In this document: positions 13,697-27,267 of the stretch, piece by piece
Layout: each line of letters opens with the position of its first letter
Position numbering within the stretch: the stretch's first letter is position 1
DNA from: Paraspadella gotoi
Taxonomy: Eukaryota > Animalia > Chaetognatha
Assembly: GCA_051294375.1 (NCBI GenBank)
Contig: CM119269.1
Span: 4,918,686-4,982,685 of the forward strand
Length of the DNA stretch: 64,000 bases
Direction: 5' to 3'
Program-made: the position numbers and the translations under genes
The notes under the pieces: generated by a model
What the model was told of the DNA's origin: nothing
Database searches by the model: none
The model's input: the letters and a program-made list of their open reading frames with translations, nothing else

Positions 13697-16376
13697 CAGA
13701 GGAAAGGGTTGCCCAAAAAAGAGAGCGAAAGAAAATTAGAATCGAAGACACGAACCGGGTAATTTTCGAGCCGCCCCCCACCTCCCTCCTCTCCGTCCCC
13801 TCCCCCCCCCCATCTCCTCCTTTCCTTCCGGCCCCATCTTTTTCCCTTTTAACCCTTCCTGAGCGCCCTGGGACAGAAAAAAAAAATCACTCCACTATTA
13901 ACAAAACCGTGGTGGCGACCCGCGCGCAATTCTGTCCTTTTTCTCTTTTTTTTTTCTTCTTTTTGTTTCTGCATTTTGTTTCGCTGTTTTTATTCGTTCT
14001 TCAGATAATCTCTCCTTTTTCCCATTTTAGTAATTCTTCATTTTTTCCTCCCAACTTCAAGCATCACTAACGCCCCCTATAATCGCAGCATAAGAAAGAG
14101 CGCATCAACGTAAGTATCACATCAATCACTAAATCCCATTGGTCCAGTCTCGTGTGAGACTCTACCTTCCGAGTCGTGACCGCATCATTTCCTGCTGACC
14201 AGTCATTGGATCACTCACTTTTTTTTCTCGTGTATAACTTATGTCAACCTCCATTACTGTTTTTCACAATAATTTCACACAAATGGCCATCAGGGATCAC
14301 GCTCTTGCTCCCATTCACATCCAACAGATCACTTCAATTTAGGCCTATTTATTGACGAGTCTCTCTTTTTCTTACCTGTGAATCGTTCATTTCCAAATTC
14401 ACTTTCGCTTCCACCTCATTCACACATCATTTACCCCTGCCAAATTCACAGCTCACCCTCTTTTCTCCCATTTTTTTTACAGATCAGTCCTCCGTTTCTC
14501 CCCCCTCCACCCTATTCACGGATCCCGCTGTGAGGCGGACGTGATTATTGGATTTTCACATCCGATACCAAATCGTCTTCGCACAACCGAAGAAACATCT
14601 CTCTCTCTCCTCTCTCTCTCTTCTTCTCTCTCTCTCTCTCCTCTCTTCTCTCTCTCTCTCTCCTCTCTCTCTTTCCTATTCATCGCGTGTGAACCGTGAA
14701 AAGGGGTTCCCTCTTCACACCCCTATTCACGGTATCATTTCGCTTTCTTTCGACATGTCATTATAGACGAGAAAGGATTATTTATCGTCTCCGTCGCAGA
14801 CGAGACTCGAGCGTCGATGTTTGTTTCTGACGATCTCCATCGAGGGGAAGTCATCAGCAGTTATCTTCGCCGCCGCCGCCGCCGCTGCCGCCGCCGCCCG
14901 CCGGTGTTCCTTCTTTTTCCTTCCTCTCGCTCTCCCTCTCTCTCTCTCTCACTCTCACTCTGTCTCCATCGGAGTTTGAATTTGCATTCAAAGAGGGAGA
15001 GAGAGTCGGCATCGATTTTATTCATGGGTCTCGAGACGAGAGGCGAGGATTCTCCGAAGGCGATCCTTGAGTCAGAAACATCATTTCCTCCCTTTCATCG
15101 TCTTTGTCATTATCAGTTCTACCCTCCGATCCTCCTAATTATTATCATTTCCTTCCTCTCATTGTGTTTGTCATCATCATTTGTACGTTCTTAGTATATA
15201 TATTATTTGTACTTCTGATTATCGCGGTTTTTGCTAAATCTACCAGATAAAGGAAGGGGTCACTGTGGGTCCGAAGCACGTGCCCAAACCCCGCGCAGAG
15301 GATATCACTGGCGACTCTTCATTATCATCGTTCACATTTCTCCGCGACATTAGTCTTTGTAATTTGATTCCTATGATCGTGTAAATAAACGCCATTTCGT
15401 CTGATTATACTAATAAAATAATTATATATATAATTATTACGCATAATCATCATCATCTTCGCCAGCGATGAATCCCGTAAACGACGCCGACACAAAGATA
15501 CGTGTTTCCATTCCTCGACTCTTGGCTTCAATTACGAGGAATGAAGGAAGCCTTTGCGGGGACTTTGCAGGATCGTTTAGATTAAAACGTGCGGTTGGAA
15601 GCCGTCGAAGCGTTTGAGCCAACGAAGAGAATGACCAGTTATTCTTTTTTTTTGTTTTTTTAGACATTATTGTTATCAATATTTCTAACAACACATTTTT
15701 TGAAAAAGTTATACGACGAGAATGAATCGGAGATTACGATAAGAACCCTGTCCCAAATTTTTCCCAACTGCAATGGAATCTTCGCTCGTAATTCTGGTTT
15801 TCCGCCAAGATTCCATCGGAATCGGCCTCTGTCGTCGACAGAAAGGGAAACCAACTCGCGACCCCTGCGTACTTCGATCTGAGTAGGGAAATGGATACAA
15901 GCGGCCGATTGAGGTTATCAAAATCGTGTTTGTTAAATGTTAAAAGCTCACTTGGTAGGTCAACGGAGGGAGAGCGTTACACGTTGGGTAAGGGTAAAGA
16001 AAAAGATTCGGAGAGGGTAAGTTATGGTTACGGATACATACCCAAATAAATAAAGTTTTCCCTTTTTTTGAAATGGGGTCTCTTCTTATTTAGATTTTCA
16101 TTTATATAAGACGCGACGCTTATATTTGAACAGACTCGATAATGCTCGATATGCTTCAACTTATCTCGATTACCAATAATATTAAAGCGTTGGCGTTGAT
16201 CGAATGGAATTAAAAAAAAACAAAAAAAAAAACAAAGTTTAAAACGACTACGGAAGAAGTTGTTGCGAAATCGAAAACGAGCGAAGGGAGTAGGCGGGGC
16301 AAAGGAAACATCAACAATAAACCATAGATCGATTTACTTCGTAGGCCATATTTTTGTCATGAGAATGTCATGCATG

Positions 16377-16550
16377 TTTTCTCTAGTGTCTCTCCACTTT
16401 TCTTTTTTCCTTTGCTCCTCTTTCCTTTTTTTGGTTTCTCTAGTGTCTCTCCACTTTTCTTTTTTCCTTTCCTCCTATTTCCTTTTTTTGGTTTCTCTAG
16501 TGTCTCTCCACTTTTCTTTTTTACCCTTTTCTTCTTTCCTTTTCCTAGTT
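16377..16550. repeat. ~58-bp pyrimidine-rich tandem repeat x3, with related copies at ~18395-18510
   Basis: The unit tttctctagtgtctctccacttttctttt... recurs. Confidence 0.75.
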
Positions 16551-19500
16551 TTTCTTTTTCTTTGCTTACATTTCTTTCTTTTACGTTTCTTTCGGGTTTC
16601 TACATTCCTTTCTTTCTTACTTTAATTCATTTCATTTCTTACTTTCTGTCCCAATATTTTTTTTTCTCGCTACCGAAAAAAAAATTGACATAATTGATCT
16701 CCTTTCTCTCGCTGTCTTATCTTTTCCTTTTGACTCGTTTTCTTTCCATTCCTTTTTTTCACTTACCCTTCTTTCCTTTTTTTTTTCCGCAGTACATTCT
16801 TCCTTTTTTTATCTCCTTTTCTAAGTTTCCTCACTTTTCTCCTTCATCTCTCTTTCCTTCCTCCCCCACCTTTTTTATCCCTTTTCTCCTTCATCTCTCT
16901 TTCCTTCCTCCCCCACCTTTTTCCTCTCAACGAGGAAAAGAATCGGGTTGGTCCACTCGACCGCCGCGCCGCCGCGCCGCCGCTGAAGCTCAACTCGATA
17001 ACTCACTTTTCCTCGACGAGGGTTCAGCCTGAAAGAAAGAGGCGCTTTCCTTTGTCAAAGCGTCTCCTAGAAAATCTTTGTCTCCTCGACTTAGTTTTTC
17101 GGTCACCGGGTTTTGGGACGCAAAGAAAATAAATATGTCCAGTAATTCGAACCTATGTCATCCTTTTTTCTTTTATTTTTTTTTTTAAATTTTCTGTATA
17201 TTTTCTCTCAGGCCCACTCGAATTGAACCGAGACGAACGGTAGAAAAAAAAAATTTAAATTATCAATGACCACAAAACAAATTTAATGGCACCTGAAGTT
17301 TTTTAAAAAAAATAAATATATGCTCCCAGGCGCTATTAATTATTATGAAACAGGAAACCGCGTGAACAGTTTCCTATAACATTAATTGTTTTTAATTATT
17401 TTCCCGCCCCTGTCCAACCAGTGGTCTCGCCTGTTGTCTTTTTCTTTTCCCGGAGCGAGACTTCATTTTGAGTCACGGGCGGGCGGGAGGTGGAGTGTGA
17501 ATAAATTCACGGACGGGGAGGAATTACCTTTGAAAGACTGTGAAAGGGAAAAGGCAACTATGAAGAATCGAAGGCGGGTCAGGGACAGCAGGGCTATGCA
17601 GAGCTGGACAGCGGGACAGCGGGACAGGGACAGTAGGAAAGCAACTGCGAGAGAGTATATCAACAGGACACGGACAACAGGGATATCCTTTTTCCCTCGC
17701 CGACCATCTCCCGCCCGCCCTTCGATGGACGGACGAAGGAAAAAAAAAGATTTCATTGCGAACAAAGATTAATTTATGCGGAGCGATAGAGAGAGAAAAA
17801 GAGAGAGAGAGAGAGAGCGCGAGTCGATCATGAATATTCAAGCAAATCGTCCTAAAAATGAAAATCGTTAGATAACATTGTACCAGAGCATTGTGTGGAA
17901 AAGGCCTTTGGGGAAAACGAGAAAAACCTCGTCCTGATATAAAGATTTATTTCTCCTTTTTAAATTGAGTATATATATATTATATATATTTTATGTTTTC
18001 TATCGAGGGTTTACGGAAAGGGAGATAAAATTAAGTATATTATAAGTAAGTTAGAATAAATGAAGGGCAATTAAAAACAGACGTAATAACTTTCTAACGT
18101 TATCTTGCTAGTGTAGACGATTGAATGTATATTTTTTTAAATCATCGCGATTTAAAGTCAAACGTTCAACGTCATTTCAAGGCTTCTCATCATCTCCAAC
18201 CCCCCCACACCTTCCTCCCCCCCGTCAAAAGCTCCGAAAACCCCCCGGTTTCCAAACTCCCGTCAAATAATCTCAGTGGAAATTCATAAAACCCTGACCT
18301 TTGTTGACCTTTGGACGCCGGGTCTCATTTCGGCCTTCGCTTCTTTCACCTCCTTCCGACTTTTTTTTTCCTTTCCTCCTCTTTTCTTTTTTTTTTGGTT
18401 TCTCTAGTCTGTCTCTCCACTTTTCTTTTTCTTCCTCCTCTTTCCTTTTTTGGTTTCTCTACGTCCTCCACTTTTTCTTTTTCCTTTTGCTCCTCCTTTC
18501 TTTTTTGGTTTTTTTTTTTTGTTCGTTTGTTTTTTTAAAAAAAGACTTTTTAGGTTAATGTTTAATGATCCGGATATGAAAGAAGGTAATGAAAGGGGAG
18601 AGAATAACAGCGAATAAAATATTTTGGAAAAAATAGAAGAAAAGAAATAAAGAAATAACTTGAAATAATGATGCGTTGGGCCCCAACGCCTTAAGGCCCT
18701 CTAGCGCCACCTCTCTTTTGTATATTTGCTCACTTTTTGCCTTTACTCTCTTCAGAGTCAATAAAGAAGGACTATTTGTAATCTCCAGAAAAGTAGGTTT
18801 AGTTAACTAGTTTGACATGAAAAATGAAACATGAAAAATACTTAATTTATATTGTTTGCAAGATTTGAACAACATCACGATCATTTGGTTCTCAAACATC
18901 TGAATCGTTCTTCTAGACAGGAACTTGACAATAGCAAAAAATACCTTCTTAGTATGATGGAAAAGGCAAAGAGCAAAAGAAAGAAAAAAATGATTAAAAA
19001 CATAAGGCGTAGCCGGACAAAGACGTCGGCACCGTAGATCCGTTTCCGGTGTGGTCAACACGTGGCGGTTGTTTTTGAGAGGGTCATGTCACTCGGTCGG
19101 CGCCTCGCTTCCTCCCGGAGAGGTCAGCCGACAAGAATCGGGTCACGGACCAACAGAAATCCCGGTCGACCGACGGGCAGAGGTACGTCGCGTCGGAGAA
19201 ACTGAAAAAAGTCACGAGGCAACTCGTATCGATGCTCATTTGTTTAGAAGATTCGCGCGACATCTCTCCGTGAGAAGTTCACTTTGAGTCGAGTTTGAAA
19301 GATTTTTCGTTGGTTTGTTTATGTTCATATTAAAGAATAAGAATTAAAAATAAGTAATTAGTCACAAATAATTAACAAAACTACCGGAGATTCTTCCCTC
19401 TGAATGAAAAGTTAATTTGCGCCGCTAAAGTTCACAAAATCACGCCGTTCATAGTTCCTACGACTGTCAACGTTCCCTTAATTCCATAAACATCTATTTT

Positions 19501-21387
19501 CACCATCTCGTCTCTTTCACTCTTGTTAATGAAAAATCCATTTAGTTTCGCCTTTAATAAACATCGCTCTCACTCAAAGCGAACCTTTTTCTATCCTCGC
19601 CATAAACCTCGGTGAGTCCCTTACGTAAATCACGGGCCTCTTAAACCTGGAGGGAAATCAATCTTTGACCGTCGTGAAGCGACGGTTCCTTCCCCAGGTC
19701 TTTTACCTGGGTTAACTGACGGTGAGACTTTATTCTCTCCGCCTTAAACCCACCCTCCCTTCGTCTGTCAGTCTTGTGAAAAAAGCGAACCACAGTTAAT
19801 CAACCTTCTTAGCGGATTTCCGTCCATCCGTCTAATAATCTCACGGGGCCTTTTAACATTTGTCAATAATGTGTGTCAGCCCTCTCAATCCTTAGAGGGC
19901 ATGAAGTAACATTGTATTTAATCTTATTCGACCACTATTTAAAATGTAAGTCTTAAATATTACGCGATTGCAATTTTAATATCCTAAAAACCATTAACAA
20001 CTAAAATCCTTAAATAACTCATTAATCTAAAAAACCCCTAGAAAGCTATCCCTTAATATATCTCATTTAATAACTCCACCTGTCCAAAGAAATCCAGTCA
20101 TTTCTGACGTCTTTTTTTTGCCCCTTATTATTATTTTTTTTTTTTTTGGAAAGAATTCGGTTCCATTCGGTTCCATTCATTTCCATCCAGACAATCGGAC
20201 GAGTTTTCCTTCCTCGTAAAACTCGATGCCATCTGACCCGAGGATTCGTCTTCATCTTCTCACTTCCGCTTAATGACCTCGAGATCCTTTCGTTCAACTT
20301 CTCATCTCCTCATCTTCTCATCTTCTCATCTTCTCATCTTATTTCGAATTGAAATAAAAATACATCGTCTCATCGAGTGAGCTTTCTTTTTATTTTTGCG
20401 AGGGTTGATTTCTTTTTTATATCATATATCATATATCATCATATATCATATTTCATTTTTTATCTCTCTCAAGTTTTAATTATCAGTAATCAACTTTCAT
20501 TGATCGTTAATTTTTGTAATTTTAATTTTTTTTTTGGGGGGGGGAGATCAGCATTTTTACGAAAATTTTGTTCACATCCGTATTCGACTCATGAATCCTC
20601 ATCTCATCTGCTTTTATCGCTTTTTTTTTCGTTTTTGTTTATGACGAAACTCCACGCTCCATTCCTACAGAGCCAACATTCCTCCATCAAAATCGTCGTT
20701 CTCCAGCAACCTGACTCCTACTAAGCAGCGTCTCCGTCCCCTAGCAACCTGACTCTAGCTTAGCAACGCGCCGCCTCGCGAGTTCGGAGTCAAACGACGC
20801 ACGAGCGACGCCCAACGTTAATCCGCGTTAATCAGATAAGGGATTCTGGGTGAAAAAGGGGTGCCGGGTGGTTGGGATTTGAAGGAGGTGTTGGCGACTC
20901 GGGATGAAGACGATGAAAATAACGAAGAACCAGAGGGGAAAAGCGATGAGCAATCGAGCATTGAATGTTGGATTTAAACTAAGAAGCTTTCATGGGATGC
21001 GACGTTGTAACCGGCTATAAAGTTCAAATATCTGAGACTAATAAAAATATTTTTGGCTATTGGTTGATTTTCATCCATTGAAGTGGTTCTTATTTGACGA
21101 AACTGAAGGCTGCTGTGATCCACTTAGACCTTTTTCGAAAGCAGGGAGTTCCTGTGAGAAGGGGTACAAGAATTACAGGATTCGCCCGCATACGAAATCC
21201 AACAACAAACGACATATCGATAAAGTTTATAAGACACAATGANNNNNNNNNNTTTTCGGGTTATTCAAAATGGAATCGAGAAGATGTTGGTCGATTCGGG
21301 CGAGCAGACGTGGATGGGGAGAAAGAGAAAGAAAGAAAGAAAGAAAGAAAGAGAGAAAGAAAGAGAAATAAAAGAAAGAAAGATTGA

Positions 21388-21431
<44 letters not shown>

Positions 21432-22730
21432 AAAAAGAAAACATGAAATAGAAAAAAAAACTTAGACAAAAATCCACGACACAGGGACACAAACTGAAAC
21501 AGAAGGAACAGACAGACAGAGAGAAAAAGAGACAGACCTTCCATTCCGGATGGTAATTCACTTCCTCTCTCTCTCTCCCTCTTTCTCTCTCCGGTTCTGG
21601 AAATGGGTTTGATTTAAACTCCCTTGACCTCAAGCGGCATTAAGGAATTCAATCTGAGAAAACTTCCAGATGCTGCGGCCCTCAGCCTCCGCCGCAGCCG
21701 TCTCCGCCGCAGGACGGTGCTGCGTCGCTCGTTCTTCCGCTTTTCCGCGTTTTCACCGCCACGCCGCTTTGTTCCCTTTTCCGGCGGCCATTGCGTTCCT
21801 TCCCGCCCGCCGTTCCTTTCCTTTCCGGCCGTGCCGATTCTTTCCGCCCCATTTTTTTTTCCGATGCCGGAAACTGAATGTATGAACTGTTTTCGCTTCA
21901 TATTTTAACCATGGCGCGACGGAGACTGAATTGATGAACCTGTGAGGCTCTGAGACGATGGAAAGAGAAATCCCATAGTTTATCTTTATTTTTAAGGCTA
22001 ATTTATATTAATATTAATAGGACATAGCTAATTCCTCATTCGTACTAGCACAAGTCGACGGCATATATTTCCTGGGACGATAGTGGATTTCGAATCGTTT
22101 TTCTCAGAATGAAATAAATATCAGACACAGACCACGTCGTCAAAAAGTTAAGTTCATTAATTTCAACGGAAAATTTGTTGCCATGACGACGGGAAAAGCC
22201 TGACTCTGACTTAGAACGAGCGTCAATTCTGCATCCACGTCAGGGTCGTCCAAAAAAAAAAATCTTTGGGAATAGTTTAAGAGTTTGACGATTGAGAGAC
22301 GCCCTTTAAAGGGGCCTTTTTTTTCTTAAGGGAACGGTAAGGCATATTTCACGGAGAAAAATCCTTGGAAGTCAGTGAGAGGGTGAATTTAGTCGTGATT
22401 TTATAAAAGATTTTGAGTAAATTATCCTTGAGTGAGAATATTAAATATGTTATCTTGGTTTAAATATACACTTGTATTTAAAAATATTTAACGTGTAAAA
22501 ATATCGCATTGCATTGTCATAATTCTTTTTTTTTTAGAAATTGTTTACATCACAAGTGAATTCACAAGTGAGATTTGGTTTCACAATTTTCGAAAGCAGT
22601 TTCCTTCCATCGCAAGAATTTAAAGTCAAATTCGTTGAAGAGTTTCCGGAGTTTAGCCGACGAAGACCAAAGGGTCACTAACTTTAAAGACGACGACGAC
22701 GACGACGACGAAGACGAAGACGACGACGAA

Positions 22731-22769
<39 letters not shown>

Positions 22770-25060
22770 ATTTCTTTCCTCCTGAGGGTCAGAACTAAGG
22801 ATAAATTCACCGCAGATCTGACAACGATATGGCTTCGGCGGCGACGAGCGGCGACGATAACAACGACGACAACGACGACGGTGACCCACGTCAAGTATCT
22901 TAACGTGAAAGCGATAAAGTTTTCGATAAAAATCCGAGAAAATCTGAATGTTTTCAACGACAAACAAATATTAAAATCAAACAACAGTACAATGGTATCG
23001 AAATAATTTTCAATTTAGCCTCCAATTTTTTTCCTGACAGTTGGATATCATGGATAAAATGCGCGTGGAAAGAAAGTTACAACATATTGGAAATTACCTT
23101 TCTTGTTTAGAGTTCAAACGCTTTTCCGCCACACCATCAAACCAGTATTTTATTCCTTACTACCCACTGGGTAGTACCCAGTCTTCCCACCAAAAACCTT
23201 TAACAACAATCCATCTTTACCTTCTCTACTCACGACAGCCACCGCCGCCACCGCCGCCACCGCGCCCACCTCCGCAGCAGCACCTAGGATCGTCACGCCC
23301 CATTTCATTTTGAAACAATCGTTTTGATGTTTTCGCTTTGGCTTTCGGTTTTTATGGAGGCAGTAATCACTTTCGGATTTCGTTTCCACGTCGCCTTTCT
23401 CTTCGTCGCCTTCGTCTTTGTGGCTTTAGTTTTCGTCGTCGTCGTCGTCGTCGTCGTGGCTTTCGTCGTCGTTTTCGTCGTCGTCGCTTTTGCGGTCGAT
23501 ATCTTCGATTTCGACGTTATCATCGTCGCTGTCATCGTCGTCGCTGTCATCACTCGCTTATACTTGTCGTCGTTTCGTCTGCCTTTACCTTGACGTTGTC
23601 ATCTTCGCTGCCGACGTCATAGACCTTGACAATCCCGTCGGGGTCGTTTTGTACCTTTTTCCATCGCTGAGGCTGATATCGTCAACATCTTTGTCGTCGC
23701 ATTAAAGTTCACCTTCTTCGACGTCGTCGCCATTTCAAGACTGAAAATGGAACCAATCGATTCGTAAGAACCTTCTTTTTTTTTTCTTTTTTTTTTTNNN
23801 NNNNNNNNNNNNNNNNNNNNNNNNNNNNNNNNNNNNNNNNNNNNNNNNNNNNNNNNNNNNNNNNNNNNNNNNNNNNNNNNNNNNNNNNNNNNNNNNNNNN
23901 NNNNNNNNNNNNNNNNNNNNNNNNNNNNNNNNNNNNNNNNNNNNNNNNNNNNNNNNNNNNNNNNNNNNNNNNNNNNNNNNNNNNNNNNNNNNNNNNNNNN
24001 NNNNNNNNNNNNNNNNNNNNNNNNNNNNNNNNNNNNNNNNNNNNNNNNNNNNNNNNNNNNNNNNNNNNNNNNNNNNNNNNNNNNNNNNNNNNNNNNNNNG
24101 AGAGAGAGAGAGAGAGAGAGAGAGAGCTCACATGCGTCTATCGCAAAGTGACAAGAGATCAGGCTGCAGAAACGACATCTTGTCTTGGCGCAGAGATAAG
24201 ATATGCAAGGGACAGCTTCTTATGAAAGAAAAAAAACTTGTTTCTTGTCAAAGCGAGTTGTAACAAGAGCAGCAACCGTTGGTGAATCAGACGTTGCAAA
24301 TGATGTAACCATCGGCCCTTATGGAAGCTTATGGAAGCTTATGGAAGCTCTCAAATGCTATTAAAAAGTTCTCAACAGAAATGAGTGACTCTAGTTAAAA
24401 AGAATACAAATATCTAAAATGAATAAATGCTTCGGGCGTCAGAAAAGTGTTTTTTTTCCTCAAACGATGTTGCAGGGTTTATCGCGAGTATTCGGAATAT
24501 GATAATTGTCGTCGTTTTCGTCGTCGTCGTCGTCGTCGCTCTCTGTGATTTCCATGAGAGGCGCCAAAACAGGAAAGACAAAATACAGATTTTGACGGAG
24601 AAGACGACTATGACGACGACGACAACGACGACGATGGCGAAAAATCGCAATGTTGTCAACAGATGCATCTCTGCTCGCGAAGAGAGCGAAGTCAATGCGA
24701 AGGAAACATTTGCTGTCGAACATTTTTTAAATTCCCACTTGCGCATGCGCCAAAGTGGAAACCAATTATTTAAAAAAAAACATATTTTTTCAGAGGGAGA
24801 ACACAAATTTATTTTGACGAGTTGAAAACGAAATTATGAGATTAGCTAGTGTTAAAATTTAAAAAAAATGGTTTGATAAAATCTTTGTTTGTTTTTTTTT
24901 TTTTAATTTTTGGTTTTTGAATTATTTTATTTGTTGAGTTTTATTATCTTGTCTCTTTTCTATTTCTCGTGTCCCACTAAAAATGTAGACAGGGAAGTCG
25001 TAGTAGGAAATAGTACATAGTCTTAGTAGTTTTTAACTTTTTTCCCAAGAGTTCATTGGC

Positions 25061-25088
25061 TATTATTATTATAATAATAATAATAATA

Positions 25089-25168
<80 letters not shown>

Positions 25169-25190
25169 CATTATTATTATTATTATTATC
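25061..25190. repeat. (TAT/TAA)n microsatellite; a similar tract lies at 9890-9980
   Basis: Read directly. Confidence 0.92.
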
Positions 25191-25745
25191 AATGATTCAA
25201 ATTCTTTCTTCTCTTCTTCATTTTTTACGAATTTGTTTTGCTCGTTTACGAAAAATTCAACCNNNNNNNNNNNNNNNNNNNNNNNNNNNNNNNNNNNNNN
25301 NNNNNNNNNNNNNNNNNNNNNNNNNNNNNNNNNNNNNNNNNNNNNNNNNNNNNNNNNNNNNNNNNNNNNNNNNNNNNNNNNNNNNNNNNNNNNNNNNNNN
25401 NNNNNNNNNNNNNNNNNNNNNNNNNNNNNNNNNNNNNNNNNAAAAAATATGGTAAATAATCGCAAAATATAGATTCCTCTCTATATTTTCGAGGTTTAAG
25501 TTGATTTTTTGAAGCGAATTTTAAATTTAAAACTTTAAATTTTAATATTAATTTGAAATTACATTGACTTCAGTCGGACGACGACATTTTGTTTTTTTCA
25601 AAGCCGACAAAACAACGAGGCCTCTGCCACCGCCGGCGGGGACGCCATCCCCGATACAACCACTAAAGGTGAGGTGAAAAAAACATTCACCGGTCGATGA
25701 GATGGAAAGATAAAGAAAGAGGGGAGCGTGGAAGCATGGGGGGGA

Positions 25746-25776
<31 letters not shown>

Positions 25777-27174
25777 TAGAGAGACTAAAAAAAACCTTTT
25801 GCGGGTCTTTCGGGGTCACGGTGATATATCTAAGGTCCTAATGGAACTGTTGTCGTCGTTGTTATCGTTGTCGACTTTCATGACGTCGTCCTTTTCATCC
25901 GCGAATCGAGATTGTCGTCGTCTTCGTCGTCGTTTTTGTCATCATGATATTCAATTTCGTCGTGTTCATCGGCCTAATCGTCATTGTCTTCGACGTTTGT
26001 CACCATCAGCTCTTTTACCGTCGTCGTCGTCACTATCGTCGTCGTCGTCATCCCTAACGTCGTCGTCGCGCTCGAGCCCAGGTGAAGTTGTAAACGAGTC
26101 GGGTCACGTGACGGCAAAAAGCGACGTCGTAAACGGAAGGCGTGTCCGCGCGCGCGGTCAAGCGTGACGGCGGGCGGAAGCGGTCGTTCGGGGTCAGAGA
26201 AAGGGAGGGGGGGCGTGTGGCGAGGTGGGAAGAGGTCGAGGGATGTGGAAGGGGGAACGGACCGCGGTCTCCGGATGTAAAGCTGAATGAGACCAAACCA
26301 TCGGGGAGAAAATGGGCGTCGCCAGCGTGAGTTGGAGATGAGCTGAGGGCGCTCTCGTTTACGTACTTTGCGATGGCAAACATTTGACAGGTTAACACTC
26401 TCGATAGGAGCACTTTTTTATGATTGGTTCTTTATTAAATTAAGATTATTTTTTTNNNNNNNNNNNNNNNNNNNNNNNNNNNNNNNNNNNNNNNNNNNNN
26501 NNNNNNNNNNNNNNNNNNNNNNNNNNNNNNNNNNNNNNNNNNNNNNNNNNNNNNNNNNNNNNNNNNNNNNNNNNNNNNNNNNNNNNNNNNNNNNNNNNNN
26601 NNNNNNNNNNNNNNNNNNNNNNNNNNNNNNNNNNNNNNNNNNNNNNNNNNNNNNNNNNNNNNNNNNNNNNNNNNNNNNNNNNNNNNNNNNNNNNNNNNNN
26701 NNNNNNNNNNNNNNNNNNNNNAGGCTCTGGTGATGACGAAAAGGCTAAATGACGAAAGTTGATGACAAAAAGCAAATGACGAAAACGATTACCATTCCGA
26801 TTGTCGACGAAGCCGAAGACGACGACGAAGAAGACGACGGCGACGATGATGAAGACGACGAAGACGAAGAAGTCCGAGACTTCGAAGATGAAACGGGCGA
26901 GACATTAAAACCCGGAAAGGAAAAAAAAAAGAGGAAATGATTAAGAGAAAATCGAGAAACTTTATGTATAAAAACCTCAAATGATTAACAGTAATTGAAA
27001 GCGACGCGACGACGACTACAAGAACGACGACGACGACCAAAGAAACGAAACGACGCCGGCGACGACGCCCTTTGTAGCGTCGCGTCCGAATTGCTGATGC
27101 CGCAGATTCCATTTGCGGTGGATTCGCAAAACCCCGTCATTGGAGAGGAGGCGATGTTCCTTTGTTGATATCGA

Positions 27175-27267
<93 letters not shown>

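Noticed and set aside
18852-21242. Possible exons (MFARFEQHHDHL... at 18852 and TKLKAAVIHLDLFRKQG... at 21094)
   Set aside because: They are short, show no family motif I recognise, and have no supporting neighbouring exons.
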